Source of the DNA: an uncultured Staphylococcaceae bacterium
Lineage (GTDB): Bacteria > Bacillota_I > Bacilli_A > RFN20 > CAG-826
Length of the DNA stretch: 63,486 nt
Reading direction: 5' to 3'
Assembly: GCA_964608215.1 (NCBI GenBank)
Contig: CAZSMV010000003.1
Location: forward strand, 1 to 63,486
The position numbers were made by a program, and so were the translations under genes. This document shows, piece after piece, positions 1-9,457 of the stretch (the first letter of the stretch is position 1; each line of letters opens with the position of its first letter). The notes under the pieces were generated by a model. That model searched no databases. It was given only the letters and a program-made list of their open reading frames with translations, and was not told the DNA's origin.

Positions 1-757
1 TAATAATTGATTCAACAGTCATACGTGGATCAAGTGAATCAATAGGATCTTGGAAAATCATTTGAATTTCTTGCATAAGTTTTGGACTTACATGCTTTTG
101 ATCATATTTAATTTGTTTAATCTTAGCTTTCTGTAAATGTTCAATGTTTTTAAAATGTTCTTTTGCTTCTTCTAAAGATTTATTGTAATCTTCTTGGCTA
201 ATACTACCATCAGTCAATTTCTTTTTTAAATCTTTTATTGTTTCTCTAAAATGGATTTTTGAATATTTTAATTCCTTTTCATTCCATCTAGTGCCCGCAC
301 CAATTCTATATCCTTTATAGTAAATAGAACCAGAAGTAATATCATAAAGCCTAATGATTGAACGACCAGTTGTTGTTTTACCACAACCTGACTCGCCAAC
401 AATACCAAAACATTCTCCTTCATGAACTTGGAAAGAAACATCATGAACCGCTTTTAATTTATATCTATTTGGTCCTTTTCCAAAGAAGAAATATTGCTTT
501 AAATGATTAACAGAAAGGATGATATGATTATCAACATATTCTTGCTTAAATTTACATTTTGAAAGAATATTATGAGTATCTTTTTCTTTATCCAAACTAC
601 CTTTTAATTCATCAACTGGAGGTTTAGGCAATTCATCATAATTAGCAACATCTTTTTCAACAACTAAAGGATTTTCCTCTAATTCTCGATAAAGATTAAG
701 GTTTTCTTTAGCTAAAGAAGCTTGAGAATTTTTAATTTTTTTGTCTTCATTTTTCAT
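1..757 (-). CDS. oppF: Oligopeptide ABC transporter ATP-binding subunit OppF (truncated at window edge)
   Basis: Manual translation from ATG at 757 gives Walker A GESGCGKTTTGRS and FQDPIDSLDPRMTV. It follows oppD directly. Confidence 0.9.
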   Translation of the reverse strand, partial: MKNEDKKIKNSQASLAKENLNLYRELEENPLVVEKDVANYDELPKPPVDELKGSLDKEKDTHNILSKCKFKQEYVDNHIILSVNHLKQYFFFGKGPNRYKLKAVHDVSFQVHEGECFGIVGESGCGKTTTGRSIIRLYDITSGSIYYKGYRIGAGTRWNEKELKYSKIHFRETIKDLKKKLTDGSISQEDYNKSLEEAKEHFKNIEHLQKAKIKQIKYDQKHVSPKLMQEIQMIFQDPIDSLDPRMTVESII

Positions 758-760
758 TTT

Positions 761-2803
761 CTAAGCCTCCAAATTGAAATCAGGATTAATTTTCTTTTCA
801 TCCGCGATATTTTTTCTTATTCTTTCTGCGACAATTTTTGGCATTTCAACATGTGGAGCATCCTTATGTAATAACCAAGTAGCTGCATAATGTGTCTCGC
901 TAACTTTAAAGAAAGGGGGTTGATATTTAAAATCAATTGCTAATGCATATTTATTTCTTAATGCAAATGCATCGCCTTCTGGTGGATAAATCATATCAGG
1001 AGGTGTTCCTGGAATAGCTTCGAGTTTTTCTTTACTATCAACATCAGGAATTGATGATAAAAGTGCCCAAGTATATGGATGTTTTGGATCAAAGAATACT
1101 TCATTAACTTTTCCATATTCAACAATCTTACCAGCATACATAACTGCAACTCTATCCGCCATATTTGCAACAACGCCTAAATCATGTGTAATGAAAATAC
1201 AACTTAAATTTCTTTCTTTCTTAAGTTTATTGATAAGTTCAAGAATTTGGGCTTGAATTGTAACATCAAGAGCAGTTGTTGGTTCATCGCAAATCAAGAT
1301 TTCAGGATTTGCAGTTAAAGCAATTGCAATAACGATTCTTTGTCTCATACCACCTGAAAATTCAAATGGATATTGTTTAAATCTACGTTCAGGAAGAGGA
1401 ATACCAACTTCCTTCATAACGTCTAAAGCCATTTTCTTGGCTTCTTTTCTGGTAATTGTCGTCTTATTAATAAATTCTTCTTTAAGATCAGCAATTTGCT
1501 CTTCAATTGTCTTAATTTCATCAACTAATTCAACATAATGTTTGTCCTTAATTGGAATTAATTCAATCTTATTGGCATTACTAACTTTAGAAACATTAAC
1601 ATCATGATATTTCTTATTTTCTTTATCAATTTTCTTTTGTAATGCTTTGTTTTTTTCTAATATTTCAGATAATTCTAACTTTTTAGCTTCATCTAAAGAA
1701 TTAAAATAACAATCAAGCTCTTCTTTTTTGTTATTTAATTTTGTATTTAAATCAGCATTATTTTTAAGAAATTCATCTTTTAATGCTTTATAGTATTCAT
1801 TAACTTCAATTTTTGCTTTGCCTTTTGCAATTTTTAAATCTTCTTTTAAAGGTTTATTAAGTTCTTTAAAACTATTTTTATATAAAGATTTAATTTCAAT
1901 TAAAGAACTATTACGTTTTTCTAAATCTTCAAAGAATTGCTCTATTGAATTATTAGATAATTGAGAAATAATTTTTTCTTTATAAATATTAAGTTCTTCT
2001 TTCAAACCTTTTAAAGAAATTTCTTTAATTTGAGCTTTTAATTCTGAAGAAACATTATCAGAGTCATGTTTTTTTATACCTTTTTGAATAGATTCAATTT
2101 TTTCTTGATGTTCTCTTTTCAAATTAATTGCAATATCAAAACAATTATTAATAATTTTTTCTTTATTTTTATTCGCTTCTACAAGTTCATCTTTTAAAGC
2201 AGAAATTTTATTTTTTGATTTTTCATCATTTTTAGCTTCCAAAACTTTAATTTTATTTTCAAGTTTTAAAATAGACTTTAAAGAACTGTTGTAATTATTT
2301 TTTAACTCTTTATTTCTTTCTAATTCATGATCGATCTTATTTATATTAAAGTTATAGTTTGCTTCATTATTACGGAAAGCAATTAATTCTTTAGAGATTA
2401 AATCATTATATTTTTTCTTAAGAATATTTTTGTTGATCATCGTTGCTTCAATAATTTGTTTTCCAATTTTCATAACTGGATTTAAAGCACTAAGAGGATC
2501 TTGGAAAATCATACCAATTTTGTGTCCTCTAATACGATGAAATTCTTCTTCAGAAACTTTTACTAAATCTTCGCCTTCGTATAAAATAGAACCATTTTCG
2601 ATAATAGCGTTTTTCGCACTAATACCCATAATAGCTTTATTAGTAACAGATTTACCAGATCCTGATTCTCCAACAATACATAAAGTTTCGCCCTTATATA
2701 AATCAAAAGATACACCTCTAACAGCTTTTACAATCCCTCTATCAGTTTTAAAGGAGATAGTTAAATCCTTGACTTCTAATATTTTTTTATTATTTATAGC
2801 CAT
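761..2803 (-). CDS. oppD: Oligopeptide ABC ATP-binding subunit OppD with a long Lys/Glu-rich coiled-coil insertion
   Basis: GESGSGKS, MIFQDPLSALNP, FSGGMRQR, ILICDEPTTALD and C-terminal HPYT oligopeptide domain. About 350 aa is inserted between FQDP and the signature motif. Confidence 0.93.
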   Translation of the reverse strand: MAINNKKILEVKDLTISFKTDRGIVKAVRGVSFDLYKGETLCIVGESGSGKSVTNKAIMGISAKNAIIENGSILYEGEDLVKVSEEEFHRIRGHKIGMIFQDPLSALNPVMKIGKQIIEATMINKNILKKKYNDLISKELIAFRNNEANYNFNINKIDHELERNKELKNNYNSSLKSILKLENKIKVLEAKNDEKSKNKISALKDELVEANKNKEKIINNCFDIAINLKREHQEKIESIQKGIKKHDSDNVSSELKAQIKEISLKGLKEELNIYKEKIISQLSNNSIEQFFEDLEKRNSSLIEIKSLYKNSFKELNKPLKEDLKIAKGKAKIEVNEYYKALKDEFLKNNADLNTKLNNKKEELDCYFNSLDEAKKLELSEILEKNKALQKKIDKENKKYHDVNVSKVSNANKIELIPIKDKHYVELVDEIKTIEEQIADLKEEFINKTTITRKEAKKMALDVMKEVGIPLPERRFKQYPFEFSGGMRQRIVIAIALTANPEILICDEPTTALDVTIQAQILELINKLKKERNLSCIFITHDLGVVANMADRVAVMYAGKIVEYGKVNEVFFDPKHPYTWALLSSIPDVDSKEKLEAIPGTPPDMIYPPEGDAFALRNKYALAIDFKYQPPFFKVSETHYAATWLLHKDAPHVEMPKIVAERIRKNIADEKKINPDFNLEA

Positions 2804-2804
2804 A

Positions 2805-4790
2805 TTAATTTTTACCTCCCTTTAATGATGGGTTGAATGCATCTCTTAATCCATTACCAAACAAGTTAAATGAAATTAAAAGTAAAACCATAATAAGTGT
2901 TGGGATAAGTAATAAGAATGCTTTTTCACCTTTATAATAACTGTTTGCTTCACTTAAAATAACACCAAATAAAACTTGTCCTTGTAAACCTAAACCTAAA
3001 TAAGCAATACTTGCTTCGGTATAGATAACACTAGGAATCATTAAGATAGAACCAGTAATAATTGTTCCACTTGCGTTTGGCAAAATATGCTTAAAAATTA
3101 ATCTTCCATCTTTTGCACCTAAAGTTCTACTTGCTAAAACATATTCCCTTCCTTTATAACGATAGAATTGAGTACGCGTTCTTGCACTAACACCCATCCA
3201 TCCAGTCATAAATAAGGCAACCATTAAAGCAATAACATCTGCTGAACTACCCCAATTGAATTCTCTACCATAAAGAATACATAAAGTAATAATAACAGTT
3301 GATGGTAAACCTGAAATAATATCACAAATTCTTTCCATGATAATATCAGTCCAACCACCAAAATATCCAGAAATGGAACCCCAAATTAAACCAATTACAA
3401 TATTAACTGCGCTAACTCCAACTGCAAGTAATAATGAGAATCTCATACCTGTAAACATCAATTTACAATAATCTTTAGCATAGTCATTAGTTCCAAAAAT
3501 AAATGATGGCATCTTTTCATAGCCAAGAATTCTATAATTGTAAACTTTAACTTTTAAAGAATAACCATTCCATTTGTTTGAGCTATATTTTGCATCGCCA
3601 ATTTGTTCAACAATTTCAACAAATGGTGAATTGTCTCCAGTAATTTCAAATCTCTTTGCTAACTCTTCTTTATCGCTAGTTGCCTTACAATTTGATGAAG
3701 AAAGATTAACTTTAATATAACCGCTATTAATAAATGTAATTAATTCTCTATCAGAATATGTAACTTCTTTAATTCCATATGCATTTGCATATTTATCAAA
3801 TGTGAAATCACATAATGTAAATTTAACGTTATGAGCACTTCTATTTCCACCAGTAATTCCCCAATACCCTTGATCTTCACTAGTTCTAAGCATAACTTCA
3901 TTACCAGTCGAGAAGTTTTTTGCTTCAAGTTTAGTTTTAAAATCCTCATCCGAACTAGAAGTAGTTAAATTTATTGATGAAATTAAAATACAACTATTAT
4001 TTTGACTATCACTACTTTGCTTAATAATAAATTCAAATCTTGTATTTTTTAAAACATCATCTTCAACTTTATCTTTTAATAAACTAGTAACATCTAATAT
4101 TTTAGAAAAATCAGTAATATATGAAGACTCACTACCAGCCAAATAATATCTTGTAGCACCATCATAAACAGCAACTTTATATCCTTCCATATCGTAACTA
4201 GAATAATATTCATCACTTAAATTATATGAGAGCGTAATTGAAGAAGTTAAGTCTAAATCAATATTTTTCGAAAAATAAATCGCATCTTCAGTTGTACTAC
4301 TTGTACAATTTACAACGCCGCCAGTTCCATATTCGCTATATGTTTCAAGAGTTGATTCATATGTGACCAAATTAAAATATGTACCATCTGTATAGCTAAC
4401 TGGTTTATTAGTTTTTGTATCAAAAATGACACCTTCTCTTTTAACAGTCCCATCCCAAAAACCAGTGCCAGCAGAAAATAATTTTGGTGGCAAATCAGCT
4501 TCAATAGTCTTACCTCCGCCCATGCTTGATACATCGTAAACACCACTATCGCTTGTGAAAAGTGGAATTACAATAGCGCCTAAGGCCAAAAGACCAACAA
4601 TGACACCACCAATAACAGCACTTTTACTACTAGCAAATCTTCTCATAGCATCTTTAAAGAATGTAGTAGGTTTTTTATTAAATTTAACATCATGAATTTT
4701 AGAATCGGTTTGAACTAATTTAAAATCGCTACTAGAAATAGTAATCTCTTTCCCATTTCCATCAACGAATGTCTTTTTTTCGTTTTTCAT
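2805..4790 (-). CDS. oppC: Oligopeptide ABC permease OppC with a large extracellular domain
   Basis: FxxSKSAVIGG N-terminus, FGTNDYAKD, EAA-like motif YVLASRTLGAKDGRLIFKHILPN. Start set at MKNEKK (4790). Confidence 0.9.
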   Translation of the reverse strand: MKNEKKTFVDGNGKEITISSSDFKLVQTDSKIHDVKFNKKPTTFFKDAMRRFASSKSAVIGGVIVGLLALGAIVIPLFTSDSGVYDVSSMGGGKTIEADLPPKLFSAGTGFWDGTVKREGVIFDTKTNKPVSYTDGTYFNLVTYESTLETYSEYGTGGVVNCTSSTTEDAIYFSKNIDLDLTSSITLSYNLSDEYYSSYDMEGYKVAVYDGATRYYLAGSESSYITDFSKILDVTSLLKDKVEDDVLKNTRFEFIIKQSSDSQNNSCILISSINLTTSSSDEDFKTKLEAKNFSTGNEVMLRTSEDQGYWGITGGNRSAHNVKFTLCDFTFDKYANAYGIKEVTYSDRELITFINSGYIKVNLSSSNCKATSDKEELAKRFEITGDNSPFVEIVEQIGDAKYSSNKWNGYSLKVKVYNYRILGYEKMPSFIFGTNDYAKDYCKLMFTGMRFSLLLAVGVSAVNIVIGLIWGSISGYFGGWTDIIMERICDIISGLPSTVIITLCILYGREFNWGSSADVIALMVALFMTGWMGVSARTRTQFYRYKGREYVLASRTLGAKDGRLIFKHILPNASGTIITGSILMIPSVIYTEASIAYLGLGLQGQVLFGVILSEANSYYKGEKAFLLLIPTLIMVLLLISFNLFGNGLRDAFNPSLKGGKN

Positions 4791-4791
4791 A

Positions 4792-5838
4792 CTATTTCTT
4801 CGCCCCCATTCTAATACGTGGATCAATAAACCCATATGATAAGTCGACAACAATTCCTGATAATAAACCAATAATTGTATAGAAAGCCATATCAGTCATC
4901 AATAAGCTGTAGTCTTTAGCATTGAATGCAGCCATATATAATTGACCAACACCTGGAATTTGATATAAATTCTCAAGAATCATACTACCACCTAAAATGG
5001 CAATAAATTCAGCAACAACAGAAGGAAGAACTGGAACCATTGAGTTCCTAAAAGCATGACGCATGATTGCTTGTTTTCTAGTTAATCCTTTAGTTCTAGC
5101 GAGTAAAAGATAATCACTTTCTAAAACTTCACATAATTCTGCTCTAACAAAACGAGCATATCCCATAATTGATCCAATTGATAAAACAAATACAGGAATA
5201 ATATAAGCAGCAACTTTTCTCTCTAACGGATCAGTCGATTGAGGCCACATTGACGGTAACCAACTAACATTATAAGAAACCATAATAAGATAACTAATTA
5301 AAACAAATCCTGGAATAGATAAAAATATCATGATAATTACTTGTGAGATATTATCAAAAACACTTCCTTTTTTAAGTGCGCATAAAACACCAAAACCTAT
5401 GCCAAGTGGAACAGAAATAAGAACACTAAAAATATTTAATTTCATTGTTGTAGGCAATCTTTCAAGTAAAATTTGAATACTTGCTTTACCTGTAGCAAAC
5501 GATGTTGATGTTCCCCAATCCCATTTAGTTATAATATTTCCCATCCAAGCAAAATATCTTTCCATGACAGGGCGTTGATAATAATAAACAGATGTTTCGT
5601 TACGACCACTACCAAAAGTATAGCTCCAAAGCAAATTCCCGAGATCGTCTCTAGGAACATTTGATTCAACCAAAAAACCTCTTAAGTATTCATTATGATA
5701 ATACGCATAAGTTTGAGCTTTTGATGGCATAACTACTGTTGAAATCTTTAAGCAAGATAACAAAATGTATGTTAAAGAAAGAACGATAAAACATACACAC
5801 AATGCTAAAAATATTCTCTTTAAAACATATTTAGTCAT
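4792..5838 (-). CDS. oppB: Oligopeptide ABC permease OppB
   Basis: DWGTS, RLPTTMKLN, YLLLARTKGL, RHAFRNS and terminal IDPRIR. Confidence 0.93.
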   Translation of the reverse strand: MTKYVLKRIFLALCVCFIVLSLTYILLSCLKISTVVMPSKAQTYAYYHNEYLRGFLVESNVPRDDLGNLLWSYTFGSGRNETSVYYYQRPVMERYFAWMGNIITKWDWGTSTSFATGKASIQILLERLPTTMKLNIFSVLISVPLGIGFGVLCALKKGSVFDNISQVIIMIFLSIPGFVLISYLIMVSYNVSWLPSMWPQSTDPLERKVAAYIIPVFVLSIGSIMGYARFVRAELCEVLESDYLLLARTKGLTRKQAIMRHAFRNSMVPVLPSVVAEFIAILGGSMILENLYQIPGVGQLYMAAFNAKDYSLLMTDMAFYTIIGLLSGIVVDLSYGFIDPRIRMGAKK

Positions 5839-5858
5839 TTTTACCTCCTTTTACAAAA

Positions 5859-5892
5859 TATAACCCTATATAAATTAGTATATAGGGTTATA
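5859..5892 (-). terminator. Stem-loop between oppA and oppB (terminator or mRNA stabiliser)
   Basis: Inverted repeat TATAACCCTATA..TATAGGGTTATA followed by TTTT on the minus strand. Confidence 0.65.
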
Positions 5893-5917
5893 CATTCAAA
5901 TAAAATTTGTTTTTTTA

Positions 5918-8900
5918 TTAAAATTCTTTTGCGTGTAACCAATATCCAGACACTGTCTTTTCTTCTGATGTGCCTTCGTAAACGAAACCATAGTGAATTT
6001 CAAAATCTAAATAGTGGAAATTTGCATAATCATCGCCTAATAAAGCACCATCAATAACAGCATCACCTGAGAATGTCATTGTAAGAACACCATTTTCATA
6101 TTTTGCTGTTGGCTCTTCAACATATGCTTCATTACCTTCTGCATCAATTGCATCGACTTGGACACTAATATTAGAAACATATTTTTCTTGAACAGTAAGT
6201 GGTAATTTAACAGTATATGATTTATTAGCTGCATTAGCTTCAAAGGAAGCTTCGCTCTTATCGAATGAAATTGGTTCAACAATTTCTGAATTTTCATTTA
6301 ATAATGCACCACCATTACCAGCTGCCCATAAAGCATCATATGACCAATATTTATTAGAATATTTGATATCTGCAGAAACTTTAGAAGTATCACTGCCAAA
6401 GTTAAGTGAGAAACCACTAGAATTATCTGATTTATAGATATCTAATCCGTTGAAAACATCCAATGCGTTACCAGTAATCTGATAAACGTTTTGACCATCA
6501 GTAGCACCAACTTGAACACCATCATAAATAATGGAATTTGCTAAGTTATCATCATATGGAACATCTCTCTTATCAACAGATAATGTAATTAATGATTTTC
6601 CATTTGCTCCAACCCAATCATTTTTGCCATTACTATTTGTATGGGTTTGAACAGCTAAATCAAATGATTCTTTCCAAGATTCTGTATATGTTGAGAAGTA
6701 GTAGTTTGTACTAGCTCTGTCTACAGTTGTAATATCAAATGAAATTACAGTTGGATTGTCCTCAGTACCAATTTCATAGTGACCAGCATCCAATTCTTCT
6801 TGAATTGCTTGTTCAAAATAGTTAGCACCAACAGATTTCCAATTGGTTAAATCATCTAATTCTGTTCCAAATACATCATTAACAGCTTTCTTGTGTGATT
6901 CCGAAGTGTTGTAAAGGGCAGTTTTTGGTGAAGCCTTAGTAACTGGTAATGTAATTGTAGTTGTTGTTTCAGCATGTGCATATTCAGCCAAAGCATTTCT
7001 ATCCATACCAGTCATTAAACCTTTATAGAAGTTATTATTACTTAATGCAGGTTTAACTTCGTATCCATCAGTTCTAACAGTTGCAACATAGTCGGCATCA
7101 AACCATTCATCATAAGTCGCTTTATCATAAGTATTAATATAAAGTGGGTTTAAAAATGATGAGCCAGAAACTTTCTTTCTTAATGGAGATGAAGCATATT
7201 TATCCCAATAATCGGTAGGAATATTTGAATAATCAGTCAAACCGGCTTCAAATTTTTCAATATACTCGTTTGCATTTGTACCTAAAGCAGAATTGACATT
7301 TAAATGTACACCTTTAATGTTGTACATGCTTCTTCCAGCATTATCTTTGCATAATACTTCTGGCCAATCTTCATTTCTTGCAAATGCGATTGTCTTCTTT
7401 GCTTCATATGTCATCGTGTAATATGGACCAACGCATAACATTGTATCAAGTGGAGTTAAACTTCCTTTGTTAGTGCCATAAACTTTAGCACCAGAAATGA
7501 CATCGCCATCCCCTAAATCTTTGACAAAATCTTCACAAATTGGATTGCCCCATAAACCATCAACTTGATATTCTGCATAATCTGGAGTAATTTTATCGTT
7601 AAATGTAATAGTAATTGAATTATCACTATGATCTAATTTAACCCCAACTTTTTTCATGAACTCTTCATCGCTATCAAGTTGTGTATAATCTTTTGATGCT
7701 GCATAGTATTCAGCATAACCTTTAATTTGTCTATTCTTTGTACTTTCAGCAGCTTGTTCAGCACCTCTATACCAACCAACTGATTGAGTAGCCATTAATT
7801 TAAATGGAGTTAAGTAATCTTCTAATTTAATTGCTCTCTTATCATATTTTGATAATGTAGCATCTTTTGTAGAAGTTCTATAGGATAATCCTTTTGTAAC
7901 ACCATTTGCACCATCGGAATCTCCACCAACTCTAACATAAATTTTCCAAGTATCACTTGCACCATTTGCATCAGGATTTACAGCTTCTGGAGAATCAAAT
8001 CTTGATAAGTTAGCTTCATAACCATAAGAATCACCTGCAGCATTGACATTACTTGACCAATAACTTGCCGAAACATATGAATATAAATCGCTAACAGCTG
8101 CTTCAGAACTATTTAAGTAGTTAAAATTACCTAAATCGCTAGCATCTGACATTTGATCATGTAAGAACCATTTATAAGCATCAGTATGTTCTTCATCCAT
8201 TGGTGAATCAATAGTACCATATGATAATAAACCATAACCATAGCCTGGAATGTAGTTTTCATTATCTAATAAAAATGAGTGCAAACGTGATGAATATAAT
8301 TGGTAACCACTATTAATTAATGATCTAATTGGAGCATTACCATTGTTGTATAAATATTTTTCACTAGTACCAGTCATCTTTTCTCTTTCGGTACCAGCTA
8401 ACGATGAATAGTTATAATATGCACTCTTTGCAATAGTACCTTCTGGAACTACTGTAACATGCATTTTAGTTTTAACACCATCATCATCGCTTGTTGCAAA
8501 TAAATAAATGTAATAATCTTTTGCTTCTGAAACCTTTGGGAAGCTAACAGTTCCATCTTTTGAAACACTAATTTGGCTTGAAGGATTCCCTTCGCCATCA
8601 GTGACTGAAACACCTAATGAATATCCTTCTGGTACAGAATAAGCATATAAATGTGCTGAAGAACCGCCTTCGACTGTTGATTCACTCTTTTGTGAAATAT
8701 AATCTGGTGATTCTCCTCCTGTTCTTACTAAATAACCCGCAAAATATTTTGGGCTTGAATACTCAACAACATAATCGGAATCCATCTCTAAACTAGTATC
8801 TGGTTTCCCAACATTTCTTGTATATGTTGTTGATCCTTTATTTCCGTCATCATTGCAGGATGTTAAGACTGAGACCGTACCTAACAAAGCTACTGCAGAA

Positions 8901-8932
8901 AGGACGCAAATTCCTAATTTTCCTTTTTTCAT
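5918..8932 (-). CDS. oppA: Unusually large (~1000 aa) oligopeptide-binding lipoprotein OppA
   Basis: Lipoprotein signal MKKGK...VLTSC; family-5 SBP-like segments (CVGPYYTMTY, ARNEDW, LSNNNFYKGL..GMDR); first gene of the opp operon. Confidence 0.8.
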   Translation of the reverse strand: MKKGKLGICVLSAVALLGTVSVLTSCNDDGNKGSTTYTRNVGKPDTSLEMDSDYVVEYSSPKYFAGYLVRTGGESPDYISQKSESTVEGGSSAHLYAYSVPEGYSLGVSVTDGEGNPSSQISVSKDGTVSFPKVSEAKDYYIYLFATSDDDGVKTKMHVTVVPEGTIAKSAYYNYSSLAGTEREKMTGTSEKYLYNNGNAPIRSLINSGYQLYSSRLHSFLLDNENYIPGYGYGLLSYGTIDSPMDEEHTDAYKWFLHDQMSDASDLGNFNYLNSSEAAVSDLYSYVSASYWSSNVNAAGDSYGYEANLSRFDSPEAVNPDANGASDTWKIYVRVGGDSDGANGVTKGLSYRTSTKDATLSKYDKRAIKLEDYLTPFKLMATQSVGWYRGAEQAAESTKNRQIKGYAEYYAASKDYTQLDSDEEFMKKVGVKLDHSDNSITITFNDKITPDYAEYQVDGLWGNPICEDFVKDLGDGDVISGAKVYGTNKGSLTPLDTMLCVGPYYTMTYEAKKTIAFARNEDWPEVLCKDNAGRSMYNIKGVHLNVNSALGTNANEYIEKFEAGLTDYSNIPTDYWDKYASSPLRKKVSGSSFLNPLYINTYDKATYDEWFDADYVATVRTDGYEVKPALSNNNFYKGLMTGMDRNALAEYAHAETTTTITLPVTKASPKTALYNTSESHKKAVNDVFGTELDDLTNWKSVGANYFEQAIQEELDAGHYEIGTEDNPTVISFDITTVDRASTNYYFSTYTESWKESFDLAVQTHTNSNGKNDWVGANGKSLITLSVDKRDVPYDDNLANSIIYDGVQVGATDGQNVYQITGNALDVFNGLDIYKSDNSSGFSLNFGSDTSKVSADIKYSNKYWSYDALWAAGNGGALLNENSEIVEPISFDKSEASFEANAANKSYTVKLPLTVQEKYVSNISVQVDAIDAEGNEAYVEEPTAKYENGVLTMTFSGDAVIDGALLGDDYANFHYLDFEIHYGFVYEGTSEEKTVSGYWLHAKEF

Positions 8933-9010
8933 TTTTTTCTCCTTTTCCCTTCCATTGCCCATTTTTGCAACAGATTTTATAATTATATTTATATCTTTTT
9001 TTTATGATTA

Positions 9011-9038
9011 AAAAAAGACCAAATCTTAATATGGTCTT
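9011..9038 (-). terminator. Intrinsic terminator after the protease-1/DUF3899 pair
   Basis: Minus strand AAGACCA..TGGTCTT followed by a T-run. Confidence 0.6.
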
Positions 9039-9049
9039 AATATCTGCTT

Positions 9050-9457
9050 TTAGTTTAATGATTGTTTATATATGATAAATAAAACAACAGAAACAATTAA
9101 ATATAAAGATCCTGCAAATTCTATTGGAATTACCAAATATCGATTACATTTTCTTTTTACACTTTTCATTTCTCGATAGTCAAATAAACTATCATACTTT
9201 TTCGTGCCATTTGCTTTTATTGTCGAAAACAAATTTGCAAATCCAACTGAAAATACATCAAAAGCTCCCTGATTCCCTGTCAAATATAATAATCCGCCAA
9301 AAATTAACACAGAACCAGAAAGAAAAAAGCCATCTATTGAATTATAAAATGAAAAACCTTTATATAAAGAAAAAAACACATAAATTAGCGCCCCTATCGC
9401 TAGAGACACTAATAATGTGATTAAATTTCTTAATGTAAAAATATATTCCTTTTTCAT
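9050..9457 (-). CDS. Small three-TM membrane protein, DUF3899-like
   Basis: Hydrophobic segments and GAFD motif. Translationally coupled to protease 1 through a TAATG overlap at 9455-9459. Confidence 0.55.
   Translation of the reverse strand: MKKEYIFTLRNLITLLVSLAIGALIYVFFSLYKGFSFYNSIDGFFLSGSVLIFGGLLYLTGNQGAFDVFSVGFANLFSTIKANGTKKYDSLFDYREMKSVKRKCNRYLVIPIEFAGSLYLIVSVVLFIIYKQSLN

Noticed and set aside
5859-5892. ACCCTA..TAGGGT hairpin as a third IS110-end copy
   Set aside because: Similarity is limited to the short stem; the flanking sequence is unrelated and the position fits an oppA terminator.
9124-9420. Plus-strand 98-aa ORF and the many other 60-130 aa ORFs nested in or antisense to long genes
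   Set aside because: They are shadow ORFs with no RBS or motif support, lying over well-supported genes.
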